From positions 616,568 to 680,567 of the forward strand of contig RDEW01000017.1 in the NCBI GenBank assembly GCA_011109175.1: a DNA stretch of 64,000 bases, given 5' to 3'. A model generated the notes under the pieces. It worked only from the letters and a program-made list of their open reading frames with translations, was not told the origin of the DNA and made no database searches. The position numbers and the translations under genes are program-made. Of the stretch, positions 38,450-52,019 are shown in pieces (position 1 is the first letter of the stretch; each line of letters starts with the position of its first letter). This DNA is from Dicyema japonicum (lineage: Eukaryota > Animalia > Dicyemida).

Positions 38450-39200
38450 CTCAGGAAGATGTATGAGTTTTATTGAAATTCAGTTTAACAAAATAAACGA
38501 GATCATCAACAATCCAACCAATTATGGTGTTCCTACCTGGATGTGTAACCGTCGAAGGGATCCAAAGGAGGGAGTTACTATGCAAGCTGTTGCCGATCGT
38601 TTGGATGTGAAGTTTCGTGAGGACACTGAAACCATGAGGAGATCTGGTTGCCACAGAGGATTCCGTCATCGTTATGGGTGATTCGCTCCTTAATGTTGCA
38701 GGCTTCGAATGAGAGGACAGCAAACTAGAACTACGGGAAGGCGAGGTCGAACTGTCGGGGTAATCCGAAAGAAGTAATCTTTCTAATTCGTAACTTGATT
38801 TTTTCCCTTTTAAGTTTCTTTATTGAGTTCTTTATTTTTATTTTATTCCAGTTTTTGGCTGGCCTCTCATAGGTATCCGCTCCCTATTATTGGAATTTCT
38901 TATTCAGGACATACGGAACAGAAAGCACTTTTATGTTCTCTGAAAGGTCTTTCGCTCAAAGACGGACTCCAACGAGAGATCAGTGGATTCTGGCGATCGA
39001 AGAGGCAACACGTTTGTTGTTATTTTTTAATAACCAAAGAGCTGAATTCTTTTGGAAACGAAAAATTACTGTTATTATTCACCATGTGTGATCAAAAATA
39101 TGTAAAAACTGGTGGCCCAAGTGCTTAAAAAATCTACCGAGAACTAGTGAAACTATAAATTAAGTGAACTCTTTTTGGGAGATCTATCTGATAGTGATGA
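38450..39200 (+). mobile_element. Decayed R2-like (RLE) 3' fragment
   Basis: RLRMRGQQTRTTGRRGR then NCRG resembles the R2 pre-CCHC region. Confidence 0.35.
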
Positions 39201-39299
39201 TTCCTGAACCAATTTCCGATAAGTTGAAAATCGGCTAACTTTTCATATACCGAAAATAAAACACCCAAAATTCCAAGACCATCAAGGAAAAAAGTATTA

Positions 39300-40130
39300 A
39301 CTTACTAATTAAGTGATTCCACTCTCCAACATCTCTCGAATTCTCTTCGAATGCTCCCCCAGTGATCTAACTGCATTCCTGAAGTGTCTTCTTTTACATT
39401 TGCAGAGGAATTCTATCGGATTGCACTTTTTTTAATGCCGATCTGAATTTTTCCGCATGGGCTGCCTTTTCTCTGAATGGGTTTCCTAGCTCATTGCAGA
39501 TACGTAGAAAGCCCTTTATAACGCTCTATTTTTTTTTTAATATTAAAATTTTTTTTAACAATTAAACAAATGTCAGTTGAGGAAGCCTGCTGTGTGGATT
39601 GCGAACGAGTTCCCTCGGAGTATGGCTATTCCTATCTTTTGTCTTAGCCATAACCCTTCTCGTTGATCCCTTTTCTTTCTGGCAAGCAATCCTCCGAGTT
39701 CTTGCAAGAATTAAAAAAAAACGCTCTATTTTCAAAAACCTTTGGTTAACACTTCTTCCGTGTGACTGGAGAACGTCATAAGAGAGTGGAATGTCACTCC
39801 AAAGATTTTCTGGATTCCCTTATATGGAATGGGAATGTTTCCGAAGAATATCTTCAGTCCACCTTTAAATCTTCTGTCCGTAGTAAATAGGGTGTTCTGA
39901 GACTTGGATGCACACAGACAGCAAATTCACGGATAGCTAGTCACACACCTGGTTTAGGTGTGACTGAACCAACGCCACAGTCCTGGAAGGAGATTTGTCC
40001 CTTGCAGCGATAGTCACGTCGTCTGCGTAAGATAAAAACATAGTGTCCTGATCATTGATAGTAGGTAAATCGTGTTGAAATAAGTTAAATAGGAGAGGAG
40101 GCAGAGTCATTTGTTTGCAACCCAGTTTTA
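39300..40130 (-). mobile_element. Degenerate I-group LINE fragments
   Basis: PKIFGVTFHSLMTF-like segment; 3' motif variant at 39313-39320. Confidence 0.5.
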
Positions 40131-40299
40131 TTCAGGAATCCAGAAATCTGTCATTTTCATGTTATTTTGTTTTTTCTTAGTGAATGCACTATTAAATTAA
40201 AATATTAGGGTTCCGCACGCTACTTGTTGTGGTGCTAAGTGAAAAGAAGAGAAAAGAAATGGAAAATCAGAAAGAAGATGCAACAAACTTCTAAAGAAG

Positions 40300-42660
40300 A
40301 TGAGGACGCAATTAACCATGTTTCCAGAACATCTCTTCCCTGCCTAATCTTTGGCAAAGCAAACGATATTAGTGGATAATCGGCATTCAATGTTCCCGTT
40401 GCCCCAATTTTGGACACCTTAAATGCTATAAAGTAACAAGAAGGACCGCACAATCTCTGCCAAACTGGTCATGCCCTCATGCCTCGGGAATACCGGCAGA
40501 AGGAGAGAGCTCTTCCCTGGACCTATCTAACACAAATGAATCCTACGCCGTTTGAATCGTCTTGTGTCGGAGCGGATTATCCCACTCAGGATCCCAAGAT
40601 AGGCACGTCTAACAGCTGGCTCCTGTCTTTCAAAACTAATCACCAGGGCAGTCGATGACAATACTCAAAATGCCTGGATACGCCTTTTCTGCTTCGCATC
40701 TATTGTCCTCGGATCACACCAGACCGAACTGAATGAAGGGAACCTCGAATCAATCACTACGATAAACGTCTCAAAATACGATACTGTTAACCTGGTGACT
40801 GCACTGTGAGATCATTAGATTGCTAACCATTCGCTATCATCGTCAAGGATCAAGAAATACAAGAGGGATATACGGAAAGAAGTAGATAAGAAGGTCATGA
40901 TCGGAGACATGCCAGAGCAGCGAGCAAGACTAAGTCCCCAACTGGGGGTTGGAATTCCTCATGGATGCGAGGCAGTAATACACTCAATCAGGAACTTTAC
41001 TACCAGTCCGCCAGACACTACGAATAATATAATAGTCAAACTGGACATACGCAATGTTTTCAATAGCATTCGCAGAGACAGAATCATAGAAGTTAGCATT
41101 TCTAGGAAACTTGCATACGGCTCCTCATGTACCCTGATATTCGGGCAACACATCATTGAATCCAAAACTGGAGTTCAACAAGGTGACTTTCTTGGCCCCC
41201 TGCTCTTCGCCTTGGGTATCGAATGTGCAGCATCAACGATGCGAACTCCATTAAATTTATGGTACCTTGACGAAGCAGCTGTCGGAGGTAATTGGGAACT
41301 TGTGGTGGTGGAAGTCAAGTCTGCCATCTCTGCACTTGAGGCACTAGGGTTGGAACCGAACCCGTATAACTGTGAAAATTATAAAACGTTGCTTGCGGAT
41401 AAGAAGACTTCTGCCGTGCAGTGGCCGCTATTTCTGCTCACCTCCGCGATGTATCGGTTACCAACTTGAAAATGCAATTTTTTGACTCTCCCCTACACTA
41501 TAATAATGTGTCAGCTCTCCTGGAGGAAAAAATACATCACTCCTACAATTCACATTAAATTTACAAACCCTGGACTCCACATGGCTTTGTTCTTTCCTCA
41601 GGAATTTCCGCCTAACTTTTTCTTCTACGGACATCCCATGTTTCACGGACATTAACTTTTTAAGAGTCATCGTCGAGAAGCTGAGGACTGCCGTTGAAAA
41701 AACGCTCAATATTTCTTTGATGAAACTGGCTGGATCTAATGCAAACTACCTCTTCGCTACGGAGGAATCAGAAAACGCTCACGACTAGAACTCTTTCTTC
41801 GACATATGCTTCCAGTGCTCTCACACGCCAGATCCTACGCTACATTAACGGATCGGAGCTGAACCAGTGGTATGCATGGCTCGGGAAGTTTGGTCGCGAC
41901 TAGGTGTTGGATTCCGAAGAACGCTAATAAACAGCGAAAATGGGACAAGCTTTTATGCTCAAAGATCATAGAAGAGATAAAACCTGTGCTTGACCAGCAT
42001 CGTCTTGCTTGTCTGGCTTCTGCATGATGAACGAGAGCTCAGAGTATTACCATGTACCTCACTTGGGACACTACTGGATGACGACGCAACGAGGATTGGG
42101 GTTTCCGTCCGCCTCGGAATGGATGTTTACACGATCCATCGGTTTAGATGTGGAGGAATGGTCGACACGAAAGGACTTCACGCTCTCTCCTTCTGGAAGA
42201 GTGCTGGAAGGAGTCCTAGACACGCCGCAATCAATGGATCATTGCTTGGGTACTTAAAACTGCCGGATTTCCTGTCTAATTGGAAGCGCTTGGACTTGCT
42301 CCAGCCAACCAACTACGGAACTACTGTCTTCCCATGGGAAAGCGGTAAATACTTGCCTCGGACGCCAACTGTAAGGATAGCCTTTCTCCCTCCAACCTTG
42401 TTATGCCAGCAACTAACAAGCGCTCTGCTTCGGAGAAGTCTGAGACCCTAAAGAAAAAGAAATACTTATGTCTCGGTAGACAGTCCATTTTTGAACCAGT
42501 CCCAGTGGAACCGTCAGGAATAATAGGAAGAAGGTCACGGATCCTGCTAAACAGAACCGGATCGCTCATCGCGTAAAAAAATGATAGGAGAGAAAAGAGC
42601 TGCTGATTGAGCGCATTTCCTTGCAAATCGTCAGGGGAAATGCGTTCTAAATTACGAGAT
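40300..42660 (+). mobile_element. CRE-clade non-LTR retrotransposon (RT plus RLE), frameshifted
   Basis: QLGVGIPHGCE, VKLDIRNVFNSIRRD, GVQQGDFLGPLLF, WYLDE; SLGTLLDDDATRIGVSVRLG, CRCG-like finger, RHAAIN. Confidence 0.85.
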
Positions 42661-43344
42661 CAGCCAGTAGTCAGGGGAAATGCGTTCTAAATTACGCTCT
42701 TTTCAAGATTACGATTTTTTGGCTTTCTAGATCATCTGCGTCTTCTAATGCCATTTAACATGTCTTAGATCGATTTTCATTAAACGAAGTTGTTCGTGGC
42801 TTCCCTCTAAAAACCCCCTAGCAGAAGTATGATTCCATAATATCGTAATGTCCGAGTTAGTCCCCACGTTCCCGAGTTGTAGAGCAGCATGGATCTGACG
42901 AAAGCATTGTATACTCGTACTTTTACTGATCTTGAAACATGCACGTATCTCAGGCATGTCGAATTGGTCTGTCAGTGATATTGTTGACAACATCTTTCTT
43001 CTTTGAACATCTTCCAGGTCGCCAAACAAAGACCCGACTTTTTTTCCTCTCCTCCATATCTAATCGGTAAGTTTGCTTTCTTTTATGATTGTAATAAGCT
43101 CGGTTTTTGTTATTTCATTTATGCTAATAGTCGGAACCTGGCTTTGGACTCTACGTGTTTGATAGTTATTCTCCGAAAATTTTCCTGGACCCAGTTCATG
43201 CTTCAAAGCAAGTCGAAAATCAATCCCCGAAAACATACTAATAATCCATTTTCTCGCTTCATTTGTGTTTTAAAGAAAAATTCTCAGTTTGATGTGTAAT
43301 CTCTTATAGTGACTAGATTAAATAACTTTATTGACGAAACTTTT

Positions 43345-43785
43345 TTATCTCAAAATCGAAAAGCATTTCCCTCAAGATTTGTAAGGAAATTCGCTCAATG
43401 AACAACTCATCCGTTTTCCTCCTCGCAATAAGCGATCTAATCTGATTCAACAAGATTAATGATTTGCTTTCAATGACTCTTGATGTTTCGATAGCGACTG
43501 GTTCAAAAATGAACTGTCCGCAGAAACTTTCGTATTTCTTTTTCTTAAGGCTAATCCTGAGTTGGTTGCTGTCAGGGAAAGGTTACAGGAGAGTATCTAT
43601 CCACACAGGTGGCATCCCAGGCTTTCCCTATTGCTTTCCCTTAGAGAGTTGACAGCTCATTTTTGACTAAAACCAATCCAAGAGGCTCCAACTGGACAGA
43701 GAATCCGGTGTCTTCCTCCCAACGCAATAACTCAGTTAATGGTTCTGTGCCTCGGACATCTGCGTTCGCCAGCAGGAGAGGGCAT
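43345..43785 (-). mobile_element. CRE-clade 3' remnant
   Basis: KAWDATCVD, KKKYE, FEPVAIETS. Confidence 0.7.
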
Positions 43786-43974
43786 GAAGACCTTTAGTGT
43801 CGAAAAAATAGATTAAGAGATTCAGAAGTTAATAATAAATATAAAATATAACCAATCGAACTTTTTTGATAACAAATATTTTAGCATCAATGGAAGTGAT
43901 TATAAATTAGTGAAAATAATTCTAATAATTTTTTTTTATTATCAAAAATTTATTAACAATAAAATATTATTTAT

Positions 43975-44950
43975 TAACTATGGGGGAGAGCGGCTGCTGA
44001 CATCACGGAGTAAGCGTTTCCGCGAACAACTGCGATACCAATTCTTTGCCTCAGCCAGACCGCTTCCCGCACGTTTATCTTGCGGTGGGCAATTTTCCCC
44101 CGATTTCCTTTAGGAAAGAGGCTGTAATACTTCCAGCCGCACCAGACGTCTCGATTGCTACCGGTACAAAACGGTAGCGGTCTCCAATTTCGCCATATTT
44201 TTTAATCTTGATTTTCTCGGCCAGATCGGCTGCCGATCCAGCAGACTGCGCCGAGCTGAGCATCATCGAGTTCGAGAAAGAATCCACAACAGTGCAGTCC
44301 CATACGAGCGATTTTCCCTCAGTGAACGGAAAGATAGTTAACCCATCCGGTCTTTTCCCATCTCCGCGGTCCAATCCCACAGGTTCCAGTACTGCCGGGA
44401 AGCCTGCCGCTTCAAGAGCTCGCAGGACAATGTTGTTCATAGCAGCATGGCGGGGTGCTCTGCATGCGCTCCTTTTGCACGAGAACGGGTGCAGCCCTTT
44501 GGCATCGACGATCCCTCCACAGCGACATTGTGTTCGACGCAAACATCAGCTCCCAGGCGTTGTGCGATTCCAATCCGAATACAATCATCGTCCAATAGGG
44601 TCCCCAGGGAGGAACACTGGAGTGCATCCAGCCACGCTCCGCTCCCATGGTTGGCGGCGGACACGAGGCATGCAAGACGATGCTGGTTGGCCTCAGACTT
44701 TAGCACGTCGAAGATATTCTTGGAGTAAATATCATCCCAGTCACGTTGCCTCGAAGGATCGTTCGGCATATCCAAACCAGTTTCACACCATTCGCAACGA
44801 GCTTCGTCGAAGACTTTTTCCCAAGAGAGTCCGGTTGTAGGTCAAAGGCAGGAGCGAGCACGCAGCCCGCTGAAACATCTTTATACATCCAAGGTGGAAA
44901 AAGTCACGGCAAGACGAGCAGAAAAGTCCATATTTGCGTGCATTGGCAAA
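43975..44950 (-). mobile_element. CRE-clade 3' half (best-preserved RLE domain)
   Basis: SGAWLDAL, CRCGG...GLHPFSC, RHAAMN, KRPDG...WDCT...KIKKY, PVAIETSG, VVRGNA. Confidence 0.9.
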
Positions 44951-45099
44951 ACCGCATGTAGAGCATGTAGTGTCCAGTCTTTCGGGTGTAATGTGTGTTG
45001 ATCCATTGTATGAACGTTGGAGACAGTTTTTTCCAAAATATTGGTATATTAATGATTAACTTTTCAGATGTTGAGACAAATATGGTTATTTTTTTAATT

Positions 45100-45900
45100 C
45101 TAAAATGACGACACCATTAAAAATCATAAAATATGGTCTATTGATGGGACTTTTTCTGTCTGCCCTCTTCCTTGAAAGCAATTATTCACAATATCGGTAA
45201 TAATTAATCACCATGTAATTCCAATAATATTCTGTCTTTTAACATCAAAAACTGAAAATGAATATGACACAATGCTTCAAATAATTAAACGTCTCATTCC
45301 GGATTTAGAACCAAGAGTTATTGTCTCAGATTTTGAAAAAGGAGCAATAAACTCTTTTCAAAAGTCATTTCCAAACGCACGGATAAATTGCTGCATGTTC
45401 CATCTAGGACAAAATATTAACAAAAAAATATTGGAATTAGGAATTTTCAACGACATAAATAATGAAGATATAAATAGGTTAAATGTGATTTAAAATTAAC
45501 GATAGATTTGTAAAACTGTCGAAATGCCTCTCCCTTATTCCTATACATACTGTAAAGAACACTTTTGATTAGATAGTGTCGATATCAGATTTTCCTGAGA
45601 TTATAAATCTATTATATCAATATTTTTCGATCAATTATATCGGAAATCAAGAAAATGCATTAATTCCAAGATTTACAATTAATTATTGGAATAATCTAGA
45701 TAATTTATATGAGGACTTACCACGGACAAATAACTCAATTGGAGGCTGGCACAACGTTTTTAGAAGTACATTTGGGACACTAAACAAGATTCCAAGAAAT
45801 TTTGTGAAGAAATTGATAAAAGAAAAAGGCATAATGATAAATTCTTAAGATTACAAAATGGAGAAAAATTCTTAGAAAAACTAAATATATCGCATTATCT
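45100..45900 (+). mobile_element. MULE transposase remnant
   Basis: WSIDGTF, IVSDFEKGAINSF, CCMFHLGQ, RTNNSIGGWHN; internal stops. Confidence 0.8.
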
Positions 45901-46489
45901 GAGAATATATCGAGATTTGTTGAAGAACAAATATTACTTAATATGGATCCGACAGAATATATATTCAATTTAGTAGAATATGTGTTCTATTAACATTTTG
46001 TAATCATTTTCCTTTTTTTCTTTTGAAAATAAATATTTCATTTTAAAGTTATACAAAAATATTAAAAAAGATGACTTTTTTACCTAAAGATGTCGAGGAC
46101 CTTGGTAAAATATCTCGTGATGTTTATTGATGAACTTATCCAAGCCTGAAAAAATTTATCGGAGGCCATTTTGAATGGAGGCCGTTTTGAAAGAGGCATT
46201 TAAATTGATGAATACAGTCAATGTCACTTACAGTAAAGATTAACGGATTCTTGATTAAAAATGTAGCACTCAAGATGGAGATATACTGGGAACTTAATAT
46301 CTTTGTGAATAAACGATTTAAGTTATAATATTAGTCTTGAAACTTTCCGTAAGCTATTGAAACGTATTTATGGCTGAATAATTTCAAAAACTTTAACTAA
46401 TCGTTGAAAGGGAGGAACCAAAAAATTTCTTTAACTTTTTTAGCGTGTAAGTTCTATTCAGACGATCTGGTTCAGCAGTGAAGTATTAA

Positions 46490-46900
46490 CTGAAGATGGC
46501 GTAACTCTTTATGCCCAAAGCATCATAGATGCGTGGAACCTTAGCCGGAATGCACATTAGCGGATTTCAAGCCCGAAACCATAATGAATTTTCTTAGCAA
46601 CACGGCTATTTGCTATCGTTAAAGGCAATTGGATTTATCCATTATTATTAAAAAAACTCCCGAGAAAAGATAAAATTAATTAAGTTTCCCTTGTGCCGTA
46701 TTAGAATCATCATCCTCTCCGTCAGCCTTCTTCTGTTGCGAGCTAGGTCTCTTACGAACCAGTCCACGATGCTATGGTAACTTCCTCTTTCTAAAATCTT
46801 CAGTAGTGCTGGCTGCGAAACCGGCGTGCAAAGATGAGTTAAGTGAATTCCCATTAAAGGAAGTGTCAGTGCACGTTGATTGCTAAGCAAGACACCATCC
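46490..46900 (-). mobile_element. RLE-type non-LTR fragment
   Basis: Shares TAGATGCGTG(G/A)AACCTT...AGCCGGAATG with 15350-15380. Confidence 0.35.
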
Positions 46901-47103
46901 TTGACTCAAATATTTCAGACTACGTGGAGTCATACCATAGAAAGTACTAAACTTACATACTTCAGGATTACATATTGTGTGTAACATGGGGGTTCATCTC
47001 CCATTTTTTTAACAATATAGGTTTTCACAAAAAAAACTAAAAGACAATGTTATCGATATACAACGTAGATTACATTAATGAAAACGCTTATGTAATCAAA
47101 AGA

Positions 47104-47486
47104 CATACCTACTTCCTGTCCCTTCAAGTAAGGAGACAGGTGTCTAACAGCCATACCTACTTCCTTTCCCTTCAAGTAAGGAGACAGGTGTCTAACAGCC
47201 ATACCTACTTCCTGTCCCTTCAAGTAAGGAGACAGGTGTCTAACAGCCATACCTACTTCCTGTCCCTTCAAGTAAGGAGACAGGTGTCTAACAGCCATAC
47301 CTACTTCCTGTCCCTTCAAGTAAGGAGACAGGTGTCTAACAGCCATACCTACTTCCTGTTCCCTTCAAGTAAGGAGACAGGTGTCTAACAGCCATACCTA
47401 CTTCCTGTCCCTTCAAGTAAGGAGACAGGTGTCTAACAGCCATACCTACTTCTGTGCCTTCATGTAAGCAGACCGGTGCCTAAATA
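47104..47486. repeat. 48-bp tandem array, 7 near-identical units plus 1 diverged
   Basis: Unit CATACCTACTTCCTGTCCCTTCAAGTAAGGAGACAGGTGTCTAACAGC starting at 47104, 47152, 47200, 47248, 47296, 47344 (49 bp), 47393 and 47441. Confidence 0.97.
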
Positions 47487-49179
47487 TTCTTAAAATATTT
47501 CTAACTAGTAATTTAAAAAAATAAATTAAAAAATTAAGTTATTCGAAAAGTCTCAGTTTTGTCCGACTAAGACTTTATGAATTATTAGGTTTTTCGACAT
47601 CTCTAATGACTCATTAGCTATTATTTATGGTCTCCTGAATTCTCTGATCCCATATCCTCAACATGTGAGATGACATCAGCGCTGTTAATATGTAGCATCA
47701 CATCCAACTCCCAGTATTCCTCATCATCACTCCATATTATAAACGATTCGTCAGATTGCAGAATTTGTTGCATTTCTGATTCTACGATGTAAAACTGGGG
47801 GAACTCATCGTCAGAATCACTATCGGTTACAAAGTCGTCTTTTTCAGGTGATACAAAATTAAAATCGTGCTTATCCTCATCACTACACATTTTTTCGGAG
47901 TAGACGGGAGTTGCTTATATATTTGGCGTGGACCTACGTAAATCAATATAAGGAATTCACAAAATTGTACTTCCTCAATTCATTTTATGAACAAAGTATC
48001 ACCTTTTTGGCTACTGCGAGGGATTTTAATACGAAAGTAGAGTCTAAAGAGATCCGTTGACAGAAGGCATCGCTCGAAGGCATCGTGATTGTATGGAGGA
48101 GCGGGGATTGGGGCAGCTCAGGACATTGTTCGGAGTAATTGACACAAAAAAGGCTTTGAGCTTCGAGATTACAGACTTGATGGATGCTTTTTCAGACACA
48201 AAATATGAATGATATACCCGGGATCATCGCGATGGAAAAATAATTCGGTGAGACGTTTATGTGGACAGCTGTGAATTTCATTTTTTGAGATTATTGATGC
48301 GGATCTCAAGTACGTGTACTTTGAGAATTTGCTTAATGCTCCAATAGAAATATTCTATTTACACGTGGACATTCCACAACTAGAAATATTAATAATACTT
48401 TCAAGTGTCACTAGGTTATCGACTAACTGAAAAATAAACCTACACTTGATAATCTTGTTTAATATTCTACAAAAAGTCTTGAATCACATCAGGGATCAAT
48501 TGGGCAATTATTTTGCACAAACTTATAAGGAACTCGGAAATTAATGGCTGTTCTAGTCTGGAACCTCAAATCACCAAATTGTATCAATACCTGAATACAT
48601 CTCACGACATGAGAAGGTTTGTACACGACCGTGAAAAGTGGGTGCCTAAGTTATCTAAAACAGGGGTCTACAGTTCAAAGTAGAGGTCAAGACCAAGCCG
48701 AAGAACAACTAAAACTGTATTACTGTCAAGCAGAGTACCAACTGCCGGTAGCGGAAGGCATTGAACCAAGACCCTAAATTCTCAGCAGAGGTTGAATTCA
48801 GACAGTGGAAAGATGGGTATTCGAGGACCTTTCAAGTTCATTTAGCTTTTTTCACAAAGGATTTCATCCGAGTCCTTTTAAGAAGTAAAGTTCTTAGAAA
48901 ACCAATCCCGTTTGCTGTCTAATCCTGCAGAACTGATTCAAATACAAGGTCCAGACTCAATTCGAGGCGGAAGAATAAGATTGAGCGACTCATCCAGAAT
49001 CAGAATTATTAGGCACTTAATAGTTATTGATAGTTCTTCCGATATCAGTGTCATTTGAATATGTTCTAAAGAATACAATGCTAATAAAATAAAGAAAATA
49101 TTGAGTTAGACTTAGAAAAATGAATTTTTTGTTCCTTAATATTGAAGCTGATTTATTATTATTATAAGCACTTATCGCT

Positions 49180-50720
49180 ATGTCATAGGACTTGACAAAG
49201 CATGTGCAACACGAGTTAGCAAATCACTGGTTAGTTTCATCCACTTCCTCCTATTCAAAGCCGCAGCGCGCAACCAGTCAGATCCTCTCCACTTCCAAGA
49301 TGCCGTCCCATTTCTTTGAGGTCCTCGTCGAGAACGACTGCCAGTGTCGTCCTTGGGCGACCACGGAAACGGGGGCCTCCAACATGAAGTAATCCTCCAT
49401 GGCTACGTTCGGGGGCATCTAGGTCCAGTCGCAGAATATGGCCGAAAAGCCTCCATCGTGTATCCAGAATCTCATTAGAAATTTCTGTGGTCTTCGTCCT
49501 CTTATAGAGAAGATTAGATGACATCCTTGTATCACTTCTTTCGAACATCATGTAGTTGGTCTCTATGAAACGCATTAAGCCTCTTCAGTTCATTTCTTGA
49601 GCAGGCCCAGGTACCAGCGTTATACAGTAGTATGGGTTTCACTAGCGAGTTGTATAATCGAGTTTTTGTTATAATGTCAAGGCCCTTTTTGTTGAGCCAG
49701 GTGTTCTTTAATCTGGAGAAGGCAGTTTGTGCTAGGGTTTTCCTTATCGTAATTTCTTCATGGTCTCCTAGGAAGGAGCCAAGCTTTTTGCACTTGCGCC
49801 AGTACTCCTCCGTCCTTGTTTCTTCCCTCTTGAGTTCAGTTACCTCAGTCTTGTCCGGATTTACTGTTAGGAACCATTCGGCTAGTCTTCCAGGCACTTC
49901 TTCCATCAAGCGGGTGAGCGGTATTTTGTCGTTTGAATAAAGTCTACGTCGTCAGCATACGCAATAATGTTTGTCTTTTCACCCATTATCGGTTTTGACT
50001 CCCGTAAAGCAGCTTCAAGGTATATGACAAAAAGTATAGGTGATAATGGGTCTCCCTGTGGAGTGCCAACAGTCGTCTCAAATCGGCGAGACAAGGCTCC
50101 CCCGACTCTTACAGTGAGCCAAGTATCAGCTAGGAGGGTGGTGGCCATTCTGACAGTGAAGCGTCTAGGAAACTTTCCAAAACCAGTATTAGCCTCCGTC
50201 TGTCGACAGAGTCGAAGGCCCTCGAAATGTCGATTCCGAGGATGGTTGTAGACATTTTGAACTTTTGAACGGCCGCAGATCTCCACTTGTGGGACCACAA
50301 AACATCGGAAGTAGATCTTCCTTTTCGGAATCCGCTGTGGTATAGCGACAGAAAAGTATCTAGGCGTCCTTCCATCCTTTGTAATGTTATGTTCGCCAGA
50401 ATATTCCTAAGTGAATTCATTAATATGACCGGACGGAGGTTCTCCACCTTAAATCTTGGTTTATTCGCCTTCTGTATGGTATCAAGATACTTTCTCCCAG
50501 GGTCAGCGTGTGACCATAATAGTACATTTCATTCAGGGTCCTAGCGATGCATTCATACAGCTTTTGGGTTCCATATTTGAAGAATTCATCACCGAGTCCG
50601 TCGGGGCCAGGAGTCCTGTTGTTTTTCAATTTGGAACTCGCAAGTTCAATTTCATATGGTGTGATTTTTACGTCCAATTTTCCTCGTTCTAGGTTGATAG
50701 TGTCGTTCCTTGGTCAAAAA
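49180..50720 (-). mobile_element. RTE-clade retrotransposon RT, frameshifted
   Basis: NNRTPGPDG, SGFRKGRST, DISRAFDSV, GTPQGDPLSPILF, YADDVDF, RWRLFGHILRL. Confidence 0.9.
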
Positions 50721-52019
50721 GCGCTATATGTAAATAATAAATAAAAAATAGATAAGGGTATTTAAAAATGAAAAAAAAAACTATAATAAATTATTAAAAT
50801 TAAAAATTGAATGACATTTTTAAAATGTTAGCGTCGTGATCTGGTTCACCATTTTTGGTAACGCAAGGTATAATCCTAAAATACATTAATAAAGGACCAT
50901 TAGTCAACAACCATCCCGAGGACTTCCCCCTCGACAGGACTTCCTTCAAGTCCGAGCATGATTGCTGAAGGATGCCAAGTTCAGATGCATTTTTTTCTTT
51001 CTGGTTATAACGGTGGTATGCTCGTTCAAAAAATATAATTTATAAGTTAATAAGCCAATTTTTAAATTTATGTACTGCAATTAATTAAAATTATTGATGC
51101 AATTAAAGCAGAATGCAACACCGATTAACGGGATTTAAGTGCCCTTACATCCCATATCCCCCACAGATAACTTATATATCTTCAGTTATTGAATGCATGA
51201 TGAAATGTATGTCTTATTTATTACTGCAGAGTACAAACGGACTTTAAGAATGCCAGAGAAAAACCAGGAAATCTTTAACGCTTCATTTCGCGGCTTTACT
51301 ATGTTAAATAGCAACCAGAATACTTGGAACCATGGGTTGGCAATTTTGCAAAAAATAAAATATACCTCTCGTAGACATTCTCGACTTGTCATGTGGTAGT
51401 TGAACTCAAGAGACAATCTTTGTTGATTGTATGTTTTATGGGAATATAATAGAGTGAAGACGCGTGATTGCCTTGAGAGACTAAATATGCATTCATCCTG
51501 TCGTCAGGAAAGAAATTGCCAACAATGCGTTTGTCAACACATACAGACTCAAAGTGCGAGAACGCACGTACACGTTTTTCAACTAGATGAAGATATATTT
51601 TTTTGTCAAAAATATATTATTTATTTTTTTAAATATCAGTTATTTTTAATATTATCATTGTTGAGATAATTTTTAATTAAATTTTATTTAAATTAATGAC
51701 AAAAAGCTGGTGAACCCAATGTTTTCAAGATTTATATTATTTAGCCCGACCTCTCACCTTGGTTTTTGGAACACCCTCAATTTTTGAACACTTGGTAAGA
51801 TCGGTATAGAAGTGGAAAATACCCTATCAGATAAAAACCTCTATTTGAAACAAAATTAACATATAAAATCAAAATTCAGAGCTTTTCTAGTTTATAAATC
51901 GTCATTCTTTTTTATGCGACTATTTTTTCAGATACGTACTGTTTGGTGCTTTACTGAAGTTTGGGTTACTCTGGTGATGATGTATTGTCATTTAATTAAT
52001 TTACTAGAATGCAATCATC

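Noticed and set aside
47104-47486. CRISPR-like array
   Set aside because: Units are contiguous with no unique spacers, there are no cas genes, and the context is eukaryotic.
47621-47890. Acidic 89-aa ORF beside the tandem array
   Set aside because: Low complexity with no domain; it could be a transposase N-terminus but nothing supports a call.
51190-51580. piggyBac-like C-terminal Cys-rich remnant
   Set aside because: Only a weak CQQCVCQH resemblance; no TTAA/TIR or DDD motif found.
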